64,000 bases of DNA from a virus (IMGVR_UViG_3300011242_000001:50439-114438); one strand, 5' to 3'. Counted from the stretch's first letter, positions 48,134 through 58,538 are shown. The notes: generated from the letters alone by a model not told the origin. Translations and numbers: made by a program.

Positions 48134-48526
48134 ATGAAATATTTAGCAATTATATTTTTATTATCTAGCATGAATGTAACGGCTAAAGCTGACACGATTT
48201 ATATTGGTGATTATACACAATACCAAGCAAAGTATTTAAAAAACATTGATTTGCATCAATCACCTAAAGGCGTCTTAAATAGTTTAACATCGTTAGATTA
48301 TAAAAAAATTGATAATGTGGTATTATCAACTGGCGTATCTAATAGATGTGCTGATTATAAAGTCGCAGAGGCACAGATTAAATTTTTAGCATCAAAAAAC
48401 ATTAATTTTATAGTTATTAAAGATAAATCATGCTTTGGCGTAGAAAGCGTATTACGAAAAGCATGTGAAGCGTCTACTAAGTGTAAGTATAAAGAGTTTA
48501 ATGAATTAAGATTTAATGAATACTAA
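48134..48526 (+). CDS. secreted/periplasmic protein with N-terminal signal peptide
   Basis: MKYLAIIFLLSSMNVTAKA signal-like N-terminus; Cys-containing mature part. Confidence 0.45.
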   Translation: MKYLAIIFLLSSMNVTAKADTIYIGDYTQYQAKYLKNIDLHQSPKGVLNSLTSLDYKKIDNVVLSTGVSNRCADYKVAEAQIKFLASKNINFIVIKDKSCFGVESVLRKACEASTKCKYKEFNELRFNEY

Positions 48527-48568
48527 ATTGATCGACACACATAGATTTAAAAACATGGATTATATATT

Positions 48569-49189
48569 ATGGTAAAATATTACGCTGGGATTGGTAGTAG
48601 AGAAACGCCACCTGACATTTTTAAATTGATGACAGAAATAGCTTCAATTTTAGAAGTAAATAACTTTATTTTAAGAAGTGGCGCTGCGACAGGTGCGGAT
48701 ACCGCATTTGAATCTGGTATATCTGATTTTAAAAATATGAATTTATTTTTACCCAAGCCAGTATTTAATGATCATAATTGGTATGATAAAGGCTGTATTT
48801 ATATAAATGATACACACCCAAATTATCAAGCTGCATATGATAGTATCATTATTCATCCAGCTGGATTTAAATTATCACTAGGTCCCCGCAATATGATGAT
48901 CCGAAATTATTTCCAAGTAATGGGTATTAATGACGAACCAATATCTTCATTTGTTATATGCTGGACACCAGATGGAGCTGATGGTATTACTAAGCTAACA
49001 TCGCGTGAAACTGGTGGAACGGGTCAGGCCATAAGGATAGCAAGTAAGTATAATGTGCCGGTTTATAATTTAAATAGTGATTATGGTGAAATGGATGCAC
49101 AATCGATTGTTGATATGATTTTGAAAAACCTGAATGAGGGTATTAACCCTCATATCAGAATTCAACGAAAGACAACTTCACTTTTTTAA
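48569..49189 (+). CDS. DprA/Smf-like (SLOG superfamily) Rossmann-fold protein
   Basis: YAGIGSRETP...LRSGAATGADTAFESG matches the DprA/LOG-type GxGSR...SGxAxGxD nucleotide-binding pattern. Confidence 0.45.
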   Translation: MVKYYAGIGSRETPPDIFKLMTEIASILEVNNFILRSGAATGADTAFESGISDFKNMNLFLPKPVFNDHNWYDKGCIYINDTHPNYQAAYDSIIIHPAGFKLSLGPRNMMIRNYFQVMGINDEPISSFVICWTPDGADGITKLTSRETGGTGQAIRIASKYNVPVYNLNSDYGEMDAQSIVDMILKNLNEGINPHIRIQRKTTSLF

Positions 49190-49935
49190 AGTATTTCTAA
49201 AAACTCTTCCCAACGGTCGAGTAAAACAGCTACGCATGGTCCACCAATCCAAAATTCACATTTTCCGTGAATTTTGGATATCTCATTTGACTTAATAGCG
49301 GTAAAGTTTAATTGCTTTGGGTCATATGTATATGACAAATATTTTTCAACATTATTAACATCATGTTTAAATAGTTCTGCCACAAATTCTTCTTGACTAC
49401 TACTATTATCATTAATATTTTCAATAATATGTTTAATATCGCGTACTATTGATTCATAACTACTTGAATCAATATTGCATTCTAAAAATAGGGTGTTATA
49501 TTGTTCTAAATCACCAAAGTCATCACCAATAGATGTTTCAGTCATCCAGATATCAGGCTTATTAACGCATCCAATAATAGTATCGTCATAAGGTAATATT
49601 ACATACATATTATCGCCAAATATTTTTGCTTGACGTTTATTGCTAATATTAGTACAAATAATAGAAGCCGATCTTAATGGTAAATTTGATTTAGTTTTTT
49701 TAATAAAATGATCGATCATTACAGTGTAATAATTACCATTACTATCTTTATTGCGGGATTCACGATTGCCTTTTTGTCCTTCAAATATATAGTATTGTCC
49801 AGTATTATTAGCTCCACGAATAATATAATTATCTTTATCAATATGGGAGCAATGTTTTTTTACAAGCTCAATAGCTTCGGCTTGTGTTATTGTTGTTCTG
49901 TATGAAGATTCATTTAAAAAAGTTAAAAAATCCAT
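49186..49935 (-). CDS. putative capsid-targeted internal protein (CTS family), 249 aa
   Basis: N-terminus MDFLTFLNESSY. Confidence 0.5.
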   Translation of the reverse strand: MDFLTFLNESSYRTTITQAEAIELVKKHCSHIDKDNYIIRGANNTGQYYIFEGQKGNRESRNKDSNGNYYTVMIDHFIKKTKSNLPLRSASIICTNISNKRQAKIFGDNMYVILPYDDTIIGCVNKPDIWMTETSIGDDFGDLEQYNTLFLECNIDSSSYESIVRDIKHIIENINDNSSSQEEFVAELFKHDVNNVEKYLSYTYDPKQLNFTAIKSNEISKIHGKCEFWIGGPCVAVLLDRWEEFLEIL

Positions 49936-50009
49936 TGTATTTTCTCAAAGGTATATACGTTTATTTATTCATAAGGTATAATTGCACCATTATGTAAGGG
50001 TCAATTAAT

Positions 50010-50351
50010 ATGCTTAAAGATATTTATAAACGTTTGGCGGATCTTCCAAACGGAAAATATGCAATTCAATCAAAATTTTTATTTATCAATTGGACACATG
50101 GATATATTTCGGTTGAACGTGATAAAGATGGTAAAATGACATTTATGACAACAAGTCATGAAAATTACCATTACCGTATTGCTGACTTCGCATGCTTTAA
50201 TGTTGTATTGAATCCAGATCTAAGCGAATGTATTTTTGCTCGCTATTATGCAGTCTCATTTTGGGATCAATTAGGCAAAGAATCATATAAGGAAGAAGCT
50301 AGACAATTCTACAATCAGCTTAAAGATAAAACATTTAAAGTGGTGAAATAA
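50010..50351 (+). CDS. hypothetical protein
   Basis: 113-aa ORF. Confidence 0.4.
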   Translation: MLKDIYKRLADLPNGKYAIQSKFLFINWTHGYISVERDKDGKMTFMTTSHENYHYRIADFACFNVVLNPDLSECIFARYYAVSFWDQLGKESYKEEARQFYNQLKDKTFKVVK

Positions 50352-50352
50352 T

Positions 50353-51141
50353 ATGAGAATGACTGAAGAACAATTGAATAAAGCATACTTTGAATGCTAT
50401 ACCGGCATGATTACGTCCACTTCTAATGAAGAACGCGGTATCGGTAACGGTAAAAATATTTCTGTTGCTAAATTACCATATGGTAAATATATTATTAGAA
50501 ATGGTCGAAAAGATATTATTTCTTATAAGATGCCAAACGATGATACTTTATATAATATGGGTGCAAAACATCTTATTTTAAATGAAATACCATCATCATT
50601 TTATGTACATGAATTGGTTACATCTGACGATTTAAAACCAGGATATGATATTACTCCGTCTGAAATATCAGTTAATCATAAAATTAATAAAATCAGTAAT
50701 GATTTAATTTTTAATGTCAAGCAAGATGTTATTGATAGATTTTTTATTACCGATTCATATCAAAATGATATACCGAATGGCTATTTATATAAAGCTGAAA
50801 TTGAAGAAAAATTAGTAAAATATGCGGTATATAACGCGGCAACTAGATCAGTTAATTTTGAATTTTATATCGTAGATGGCGACCCTATACAAGCATATAA
50901 AATACCAAATTCTTTTTATTCATCTGATAATCCTAATGTAATTTTTACAAATAACATTTATAGACTTAAAGGCTCAATGCAATCAGCATTAAATTATATT
51001 GAACGTTATATTGATAAACAATCAATTGTTCGTCGATCAATATTACAAAGTAATGTCAAATCACTTGTAAATAATAAAATTAATTTGATGACAAATGAGC
51101 AAATCGATAATTTAGTAAAATATGTTAATGAATTAGTATAA
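50353..51141 (+). CDS. hypothetical protein
   Basis: 262-aa ORF. Confidence 0.45.
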   Translation: MRMTEEQLNKAYFECYTGMITSTSNEERGIGNGKNISVAKLPYGKYIIRNGRKDIISYKMPNDDTLYNMGAKHLILNEIPSSFYVHELVTSDDLKPGYDITPSEISVNHKINKISNDLIFNVKQDVIDRFFITDSYQNDIPNGYLYKAEIEEKLVKYAVYNAATRSVNFEFYIVDGDPIQAYKIPNSFYSSDNPNVIFTNNIYRLKGSMQSALNYIERYIDKQSIVRRSILQSNVKSLVNNKINLMTNEQIDNLVKYVNELV

Positions 51142-51188
51142 ACGTATGTACAAACTCGTATATATGGTATATATTTTATATATCTTAT

Positions 51189-51989
51189 ATGCGAGTTGTT
51201 GCTATGAAATATTTTACAGTAATTAATTTTGAAAGCTTATCCTCATCTGGTATTGATACATCTAAAATTATTGATGTAAAAATAGATCAATTAAAAGATG
51301 GACAGTATATTAATGATCTTAATAAACCAATAAAACATCTTTGTCTTACTTTAAAGTTTGATAATAACTATATTGTTGACTTTTTAAATAAAAATCCTTT
51401 ATTAAAACATCTTTTTGACTGGGGTGAATTCAAAATTCTACTTGAATCAGTAACACCAGAATTCTTTAAATTTATTGAAAAATTTTATTTGGTGCATTAT
51501 ATTGATAATGAATATCGTGACAACCGCCAATTTGCTCTATTATCTCAATTAAAATATGACCAATATAGTTTTTTGGAATATAATGGTAATTCAGCATTTT
51601 ATAAAAATATGTTTTTTGTTTCTAATGCTACTGAATATAATGTTATTCCATATGATAAAGATCGATATAAATCTATTGATAATTTAATTCCTGACTATAG
51701 TCGTGGCAAAAATTCGCAACCTGATTTTAGAGACTTATGGTTTAAATTATTAGCGTATATTATGAATAATGTAGATCGCCATATGGATCCTACTGAAGGT
51801 CAACAATTTATATTTTGTGATGATCTAATGATGGAAATGACTCATTTTGGATATACACTTCATAAAAAAGGCAAAACTCGCTCTTTTTATGAAACTACAA
51901 ATATCAATAAAGCCGTTAATTATATTACAAATTATTTTTTACAAAATGATGGTCGTTATAAAATATTAAACAATATGTTGGAGAACTAA
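51189..51989 (+). CDS. hypothetical protein
   Basis: 266-aa ORF. Confidence 0.45.
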   Translation: MRVVAMKYFTVINFESLSSSGIDTSKIIDVKIDQLKDGQYINDLNKPIKHLCLTLKFDNNYIVDFLNKNPLLKHLFDWGEFKILLESVTPEFFKFIEKFYLVHYIDNEYRDNRQFALLSQLKYDQYSFLEYNGNSAFYKNMFFVSNATEYNVIPYDKDRYKSIDNLIPDYSRGKNSQPDFRDLWFKLLAYIMNNVDRHMDPTEGQQFIFCDDLMMEMTHFGYTLHKKGKTRSFYETTNINKAVNYITNYFLQNDGRYKILNNMLEN

Positions 51990-51990
51990 G

Positions 51991-52698
51991 ATGGACGCAT
52001 TTATACTTAATTCATGTGATGACCTTAAAACATATATATCAGATGATATATTAATTGGTGATATTAACGTGCAATATGATGAATGTTTTATTATTACATT
52101 GCTTAACTGTAAGGGTCTTAAATCTGTTGCTAAAAATTACCCATTTATGCAACCTTACATTTATAATGGTTACAGTATTAAATTTAAAATTAAGAACACG
52201 CCTTCAATTAAAGAACTATTATCTTTAATTGGGAGATCCGAAACTAAATATGCAGTATTATCTTTAAATCCAACTTATGACAATATAGCATATAAGTCTA
52301 TTTTATTGTCAACCTTGTCTAATAAATCATATACTAAATTGACAAATAGATTATATAAATGGGGCGATATATTTTTAGTTAGTGATGAATCAATTTATAA
52401 TATAAAAGATTATATTGATACATATATTAATTTAAAGTTGACTCGATTATATATTTCAAAGTTTTTGGCTAATTTGTATTCATATAACAAATATAATGCA
52501 AATAATTTGTATATACATCCAGATTTGCGGTATAATCTTACTATTGATACATATCTTAAAGTATGTATAGATGATAAATGCATTGCGTCATTCAATGAGA
52601 TAGAGGATGCAGTAAAATATTTAATGTTTTTAACATTTACTGACAAAGAAATGTACAATAAATATATTGCAACATACCCAAATTTTATAGAAGGTTAA
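51991..52698 (+). CDS. hypothetical protein
   Basis: 235-aa ORF. Confidence 0.45.
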   Translation: MDAFILNSCDDLKTYISDDILIGDINVQYDECFIITLLNCKGLKSVAKNYPFMQPYIYNGYSIKFKIKNTPSIKELLSLIGRSETKYAVLSLNPTYDNIAYKSILLSTLSNKSYTKLTNRLYKWGDIFLVSDESIYNIKDYIDTYINLKLTRLYISKFLANLYSYNKYNANNLYIHPDLRYNLTIDTYLKVCIDDKCIASFNEIEDAVKYLMFLTFTDKEMYNKYIATYPNFIEG

Positions 52699-52701
52699 TA
52701 A

Positions 52702-54060
52702 ATGAATAGTAATAAAGTATTTGAATCATTACAGGAAATCGCACAAACATCTGCGACTAGTCAAAAACAGCAGCTTGTTGCATCATTTATTGAGAATGAG
52801 CAATTTCGATTGGCTGTTGAATATGCTTTTAATCCTCATAAAGTTTATGGTATTATTCCAGAACATAGCTGGATTACTACTAATGGTACTGCTGTATTTG
52901 ACGAAACTACTTATACTTTATTGAATTCATTAATTGAACGCAAATTAACTGGTAATGCTGCTCGTGAGGCTATTCGCCAAGAATTAAGTCGCTTGCAAGC
53001 TGAATCAGCAAATCTTTTAGTTGATATTATTAAAAAAGACTTGCGAGCAGGTTTTTCTGAAAGTACAGTGAATAAGGTATATAAGGATTTAATTCCTGAA
53101 TATAGCTATATGCGTTGTAGCACTTTAACAAAAATTAAGCCGGCAAAATTTAATTGGAAAAAAGGTGTTTTTTCTGAGCTTAAATTAGATGGTATGTATG
53201 CTAACGGTAATATCCTTGATGATCTACAATTTGTATCACGACAAGGTTCGGTTATGCCAATGGAGCATTTCCAAAATATTGCCAATAGTGTTAAACATAT
53301 TAATGGCTATCAAACGCATGGTGAGCTTCTTGTAAAACAAGATGGTAAAATTTTACCCCGTACTACTTCGAACGGTATTTTAACATCTGTTATGAAAGGT
53401 GGTAAATTTGAAGATAATCAAGTACCAGCTTATGTAGTATGGGATATTATTCCAATTGAATTTGCAAAGAAAAAAGGTAAATACAAAGTACCTTATCATA
53501 AGCGTTTAGAATTACTTGAAGAATTATTTGCAGAAAATTCATATATTGACGTTGTAGAATATAAAGTTGTATATTCTCTACAAGAAGCAGTTCAACATGC
53601 GATGGAGCTTATTACTTTAGGTCATGAAGGCTCTGTATTTAAAGACCCAGATATGCCTTGGGAAGATGGTACAAGTAAATGGCAAGTAAAAGTAAAAATT
53701 GAATTTGAAAGCGATTTAGAAATTGTTGAAATCATTCCAGGTCGAGTCGGAACAAAAGTAGAAGGTCGTCCTGCAGCATTATTATGCAGATCATCAGATA
53801 ATGCATTATCAGTATCAGTTGCTGTTAAAAATGATAAAATGCGTGACACTATTGAAAAAGATCCAAGCGATTGGATTGGTCGTATTGTACCAGTGGTAGC
53901 AAATGATTTAATGCTACCAGGCGATAATAATAAATTACATAGCTTATTTTTGCCTCGCTTATCACAAGCTGTATATCGTGTTGATAAGTCTACAGCGGAT
54001 GATATTGGGCGTATTAAAGATAGCTTAGAAGCGGCTAAACAAGGCGTCGTATTAGAGTAA
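52702..54060 (+). CDS. 30: ATP-dependent DNA ligase (T4 gp30-like)
   Basis: ERKLTGNAAREAI matches T4 ligase TRKLTGNAAIEEL; SELKLDGMYANGNI contains the KxDG adenylation motif; AAGG RBS; 452 aa. Confidence 0.8.
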   Translation: MNSNKVFESLQEIAQTSATSQKQQLVASFIENEQFRLAVEYAFNPHKVYGIIPEHSWITTNGTAVFDETTYTLLNSLIERKLTGNAAREAIRQELSRLQAESANLLVDIIKKDLRAGFSESTVNKVYKDLIPEYSYMRCSTLTKIKPAKFNWKKGVFSELKLDGMYANGNILDDLQFVSRQGSVMPMEHFQNIANSVKHINGYQTHGELLVKQDGKILPRTTSNGILTSVMKGGKFEDNQVPAYVVWDIIPIEFAKKKGKYKVPYHKRLELLEELFAENSYIDVVEYKVVYSLQEAVQHAMELITLGHEGSVFKDPDMPWEDGTSKWQVKVKIEFESDLEIVEIIPGRVGTKVEGRPAALLCRSSDNALSVSVAVKNDKMRDTIEKDPSDWIGRIVPVVANDLMLPGDNNKLHSLFLPRLSQAVYRVDKSTADDIGRIKDSLEAAKQGVVLE

Positions 54061-54104
54061 TAAAGAATATGGGGTATAATACCCCATTCTTTTTGGAGAA
54101 ATAA

Positions 54105-54452
54105 ATGCACATTTATGAATTTCAATATGATTTTGGTCCATATGAAGGAAATTATGTTTTCTTTTTAAAACAAGGATCATCTAGCACTAAAGAATTTCGT
54201 CAAAATGCAATTAATCATTGCAAAAAACTTATTGAAGATGAATTAGCATCTGAACAAAATTTAATGTTAGAATATAGTAAACATTATCCAAATGAAGATA
54301 CTACATCTATGTTTAATCATTCTTTATCATCGTTACAAGAAAAATTGGATGATTTAAATAATCATATTGAAGTTTTTATAGAGACTGGTAGTGCTTATAT
54401 TAGTACATACCGCAATATAAGATTAATCCAGCGTGAGCTTTTAATATTATGA
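54105..54452 (+). CDS. hypothetical protein
   Basis: 115-aa ORF. Confidence 0.4.
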   Translation: MHIYEFQYDFGPYEGNYVFFLKQGSSSTKEFRQNAINHCKKLIEDELASEQNLMLEYSKHYPNEDTTSMFNHSLSSLQEKLDDLNNHIEVFIETGSAYISTYRNIRLIQRELLIL

Positions 54453-54943
54453 AAACTATTATTATTGAAATAGATATTCCAGATTTTGAAGAAATTCAAG
54501 CGCCAGCATCATGGAAAACTGATGTTGGTGTATTTGACAATATGTTGGATATTTATGCAATTGAATCCACAATTAATTATTTTAAAAATAATAACGACCG
54601 TGATTATTTAATTAATGCTCACCACGATATCCGAAAATTATTAGTTAAAGGTTTATTGGAACGTAATGCCCCATACGGTTCTACTTTAAGTGATAATCAT
54701 CATTTAGTTGAAGCCATTAGTTCATTGATTTTTGGATTCCGTAATGGAACCGGATATAAAATTGATGACTATACCTTTACATGGGATGAATATTGTAAAG
54801 GAACTAAAATTTCTATTCCTGGTACTAATTATATATATGATAGTGTTGATAAATTAGTAGAAACTGCAGTATCTAATTATACGCGATCCGGTCACTTTAA
54901 TAGTAAAATGTTCAAATATAAATTGATTGAAAAAGAGGCTTAA
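54449..54943 (+). CDS. hypothetical protein
   Basis: 164-aa ORF followed by a terminator. Confidence 0.45.
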   Translation: MKTIIIEIDIPDFEEIQAPASWKTDVGVFDNMLDIYAIESTINYFKNNNDRDYLINAHHDIRKLLVKGLLERNAPYGSTLSDNHHLVEAISSLIFGFRNGTGYKIDDYTFTWDEYCKGTKISIPGTNYIYDSVDKLVETAVSNYTRSGHFNSKMFKYKLIEKEA

Positions 54944-54958
54944 GCCTCTTTTTTTAAC
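54935..54958 (+). terminator. rho-independent terminator
   Basis: GAGGCTTAAGCCTC hairpin plus TTTTTTT. Confidence 0.6.
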
Positions 54959-55025
54959 TATAAATAAATGTTTATTTTTTATAAAATATAGTAAAATTAG
55001 ATATTAGTTGAATAGGAAAAAGATT

Positions 55026-55745
55026 ATGCCGGCAGGACAATATAGTAAAGAGATTACACATAATACAGGTCGTGTATTTGTAATCGGTGATTTACATGGT
55101 GAAATCGATAAACTTTATGCGGCTATGGAATCTGTTAATTTTAATTATGATGAAGATATTATTATTGCGGTTGGTGACCTGGTAGATAGAGGCCCTAAAT
55201 CACTTGAATGCTTTAATTTAATTTATAAATCATGGTTTAAAACTGTTCGTGGAAATCATGAACAATTTTGTTTAGATCGTGTATATGGTAGCACACCCGC
55301 AAATATTCATGAAGGTAATGGCGGAGAATGGTTTAGTTATTTACCTGAAGATGTGCAAGTTAAAATTGCTGATGAAGTAGAACAATTGCCGATCGTATTG
55401 ACATTAAATAGAAATAATAAAAGATATGGCTTTGTGCATGGTGATATTCCAATTATTATTAAAGATTGGAATGAATTAGTATCGTTTTTAAGTGGTCCAT
55501 CAAAAGATACATATGCGACTCAATGCTTATGGGGCCGAACTCGTATTAAGCAAACCATGAACACCCCATTATCATTAAAGGCTAGTATTGATAATATTGC
55601 ATCAGTGAGAAATGTCGACCAAATTTATATTGGTCATACTGTTATTAAAGATATAAAAACATTAGGTAATATGACATTCATTGATACAGGCGCATGTTTT
55701 GATAATTTTGGTTACGGTAAATTAACAATTATAGAGCTAGAATAA
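55026..55745 (+). CDS. Ser/Thr protein phosphatase (PP-lambda / calcineurin-like metallophosphoesterase)
   Basis: VIGDLHGE (GDxHG), VGDLVDRGP (GDxxDRG), RGNHE (GNHE), later HGD and GHT motifs; AGGA RBS; the track start at 55008 is a TTG. Confidence 0.7.
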   Translation: MPAGQYSKEITHNTGRVFVIGDLHGEIDKLYAAMESVNFNYDEDIIIAVGDLVDRGPKSLECFNLIYKSWFKTVRGNHEQFCLDRVYGSTPANIHEGNGGEWFSYLPEDVQVKIADEVEQLPIVLTLNRNNKRYGFVHGDIPIIIKDWNELVSFLSGPSKDTYATQCLWGRTRIKQTMNTPLSLKASIDNIASVRNVDQIYIGHTVIKDIKTLGNMTFIDTGACFDNFGYGKLTIIELE

Positions 55746-56057
55746 ATGGTTATAACATTACTTTTTATTTTATTGTTAGTAAGTGGTTTAGCATTCTTAT
55801 TTCTTAAAAAAAGAAATAAAAAAATTAAAATATCTAATCCACTTAATAATGATTCACAACATTATTATATGTTTAATTTAGATGATTATAATTTTCTTAT
55901 ATATGTAACATCAACAGAAAAAATGCAAGAAGACAAGATTCAAAGCATAAAATATACTATTATAGAGAAGCTAAATATAACTAAAGACGTTAGCAATGAA
56001 ATCGGCGTCAGCTATTTAGGTTATATTTCAGAAACTGAATTTAAGAGTAAAAATTAA
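55746..56057 (+). CDS. small membrane-anchored protein
   Basis: N-terminal TM helix VITLLFILLLVSGLAFLFL. Confidence 0.4.
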   Translation: MVITLLFILLLVSGLAFLFLKKRNKKIKISNPLNNDSQHYYMFNLDDYNFLIYVTSTEKMQEDKIQSIKYTIIEKLNITKDVSNEIGVSYLGYISETEFKSKN

Positions 56058-56248
56058 TGCATCTAGGTTATCTTGTAGTACATAGAAGTGGTACAGATTC
56101 AGAAATTTATAGAATTAGTAAATTTAATGATGATGATACTTGCGAAATAATTTCGTATGTTAATGGTCGTGTAAAAACATTATCTATATCCCAATTACGT
56201 GAAGCTGATGATATTGAAGTCATGATTGGTAGCAGGATGAAAAAATGA
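56057..56248 (+). CDS. small hypothetical protein
   Basis: 63-aa ORF with overlapping start/stop couplings. Confidence 0.3.
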   Translation: MHLGYLVVHRSGTDSEIYRISKFNDDDTCEIISYVNGRVKTLSISQLREADDIEVMIGSRMKK

Positions 56249-56580
56249 AATTTAGTGATTATATTGCTGAAGCAAAAGAACAATATACGTTATACGTAGA
56301 TAAAAAACAAACAGTTGTACTTGATGATGCACCACCGTGGATTGATCATCGTAATGATGATTATGAAAAATATGTTGAAGTATATATTAAAGTAAAAGGT
56401 AATGATAAAGATAAAATTGCTTTATTAGTTGGTGTTAATATTGACGACGGTGAATATACGGTTATTGATACAAATATTCATGTTGATAAAGACAATAAAG
56501 ATCTTTTAAAATTCGTTAAATTAAGCACAGAACAAATTGAAGATTTATCTAAAGAAGAAGCTGAAACCGCAACCTCTTAA
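56245..56580 (+). CDS. putative capsid-targeted internal protein (CTS family), acidic, 111 aa
   Basis: N-terminus MKFSDYIAEAKE (IAE exactly as in the T4 CTS). Confidence 0.45.
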   Translation: MKFSDYIAEAKEQYTLYVDKKQTVVLDDAPPWIDHRNDDYEKYVEVYIKVKGNDKDKIALLVGVNIDDGEYTVIDTNIHVDKDNKDLLKFVKLSTEQIEDLSKEEAETATS

Positions 56581-56677
56581 AATCTTTCTATTTATTTTAT
56601 ATAAATACGTGTTATAGTTAAGTGTCTCTTACGGGACACTTAAATTTTTGTAAATTAAAATATATAATGGTAAATAA

Positions 56678-58498
56678 ATGAGTGAATTTAAAATTCTGAG
56701 TGAGCGTGATCATATCAGAACTAGAAGTGCGATGTATATCGGCTCAATTACATCGGAAGAAATTTCTGGTATTTTAAATTTTAAATATCAGACTAAAAAA
56801 TATATTCCTGGCCTAGTTAAAATTATTGAAGAAATTTATCAAAACTCGGTTGATGAAGCTATTCGTACTAATTTTGAATTTGGCAATGAAATTACAGTTA
56901 CTATTAAAGATGACTTTATTAACGGTTGGTTCGTTGAAGTCAATGATAATGGTCGGGGTATTCCAACTAAACAAATAGATGGCAAATATCAAGCTGAATT
57001 ATCTTGGACTCGAGCTCGTGCAGGTTCTAATTTTAGTGATGATAATCGTACTACAATCGGTATGAACGGTATCGGCAGCTATTTAACAACATGTTTTTCA
57101 AAACAATTTGTTGGCCAATCATGCGATGGAAAAATTAACGTAATTGTTAAATGTCTAAATGGTTGTGAAACAATTGAAACTACAGTTGAAAAGTCTAAAT
57201 CACGCGGTACAAACGTAAAATTTTATCCGGACTTAAAACTCTTTAATACAAAAACTATTGATAAAGAATTAATTGATCTTATTGAAGATCGACTAATGAA
57301 CTTAGCAATTTGTTATCCTAAAGTAACTTTTAAATTTAATGATAAAAAATTATCTATTAAAAATTCTACTCAATTAGCTAAGTCTTTCCATGAAAGTGCA
57401 TTGGCATTTGATGACGAAAATTTTAATATGGTTGTTGCTCCAGCTGGAGATGATGAAGAATTCCGTCATTTATCCTTCTTTAATGGTATTGCTATTAAAA
57501 ACGGTGGTAATCATATTGATTATTTTATCGGTGGTTTATGTAATGAATTAATTCCACTTATTAAACGTAAATGGAAAATTGAAGTATTACCTAACCAAAT
57601 TAAACAACATTTATTATTGGCATTTTGGGTACGTAATTTCCCTAATCCTAAATTTGATTCGCAGTCTAAAGAGCGTATCACAAATACGATTGGTGAAATT
57701 AAAACATTCATGGATTTAGACTTCAATAAAATTGCTAAGAAAATTTTAGCAACTGACGAAATCATTATGCCGGCAATTGATTCAATTCTTCGTAAAAAAG
57801 AAGCTATTGAAAAGCGTGCAGCCACTAATGCATTGAAGAAAGTTCAAAAGAAAAAGATTGCAAATCATATCGCTGCAAATGATAAAGATCCGGAAAAGAA
57901 AACTCTTTATATCGCAGAAGGTTTATCTGCTTCAGGCATGGGCCTTTCTGTACGTGATCCAAAATATCATGGGTTCTATTCTTTACGGGGTAAAGTATTA
58001 AACACACATGATATGTCGGCTTATGACATTCTTAAAAATAAAGAATTAGCTGAATTGCTTGCTATTATTGGATTGGATTTAAGTGATCCAGAAATATTGG
58101 AATCTGAATTGAACTACGGTAAAATTGCAGGCTTACAAGATATGGACCCGGATGGTAATGCGATCTTCTGTTTATTATTAATGTTCTTCTCTCGTTGGCC
58201 ACAACTATTTAAAGATAAACGTATTTTACGTGTTCAAACTCCTTTATTTGTAGCAAAGAAAAAAGGCAAACCAGCAAAGTATTATTATACGTTTGAAGAA
58301 TATGAAAATACGTCCGATAACTTAACTGGATATGAAATTACATATATTAAAGGTCTTGGATCTTTAGAAAAAGAAGACTATAAAGAAACTGTAATTGTTA
58401 ATCCACGCTTTATTGCAGTTACACTAGATGACATTGAAAAATTAAATATGACATTTGGTAATTCCGCTGATGCTCGTAAAGAGTGGATGATGGGATAA
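56678..58498 (+). CDS. 39: DNA topoisomerase II large subunit (GyrB-like; T4 gp39 and gp60 equivalents fused)
   Basis: ILSERDHIRTRSAMYIGS, NSVDEA, NDNGRGIP (GHKL ATPase); Toprim region (YIAEGLSASG, DMDPDGN) in the same ORF; 606 aa. Confidence 0.85.
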   Translation: MSEFKILSERDHIRTRSAMYIGSITSEEISGILNFKYQTKKYIPGLVKIIEEIYQNSVDEAIRTNFEFGNEITVTIKDDFINGWFVEVNDNGRGIPTKQIDGKYQAELSWTRARAGSNFSDDNRTTIGMNGIGSYLTTCFSKQFVGQSCDGKINVIVKCLNGCETIETTVEKSKSRGTNVKFYPDLKLFNTKTIDKELIDLIEDRLMNLAICYPKVTFKFNDKKLSIKNSTQLAKSFHESALAFDDENFNMVVAPAGDDEEFRHLSFFNGIAIKNGGNHIDYFIGGLCNELIPLIKRKWKIEVLPNQIKQHLLLAFWVRNFPNPKFDSQSKERITNTIGEIKTFMDLDFNKIAKKILATDEIIMPAIDSILRKKEAIEKRAATNALKKVQKKKIANHIAANDKDPEKKTLYIAEGLSASGMGLSVRDPKYHGFYSLRGKVLNTHDMSAYDILKNKELAELLAIIGLDLSDPEILESELNYGKIAGLQDMDPDGNAIFCLLLMFFSRWPQLFKDKRILRVQTPLFVAKKKGKPAKYYYTFEEYENTSDNLTGYEITYIKGLGSLEKEDYKETVIVNPRFIAVTLDDIEKLNMTFGNSADARKEWMMG

Positions 58499-58503
58499 AA
58501 AAA

Positions 58504-58525
58504 GGACCGTGAGGTCCTTTTTTAT
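58504..58525. terminator. bidirectional rho-independent terminator (GGACC-gtga-GGTCC)
   Basis: Hairpin with A-run/T-run between convergent genes. Confidence 0.6.
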
Positions 58526-58538
58526 TTTACAAGTTTTA

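Noticed and set aside
47410-49935. ADP-ribosyltransferase (Alt/Mod-like) assignment for CTS proteins 47410-47847 and 49186-49935 on the basis of YRG / IIRG motifs
   Set aside because: The spacing to candidate STS and ExE motifs does not fit the R-S-E ART architecture; left as unknown-function CTS proteins.
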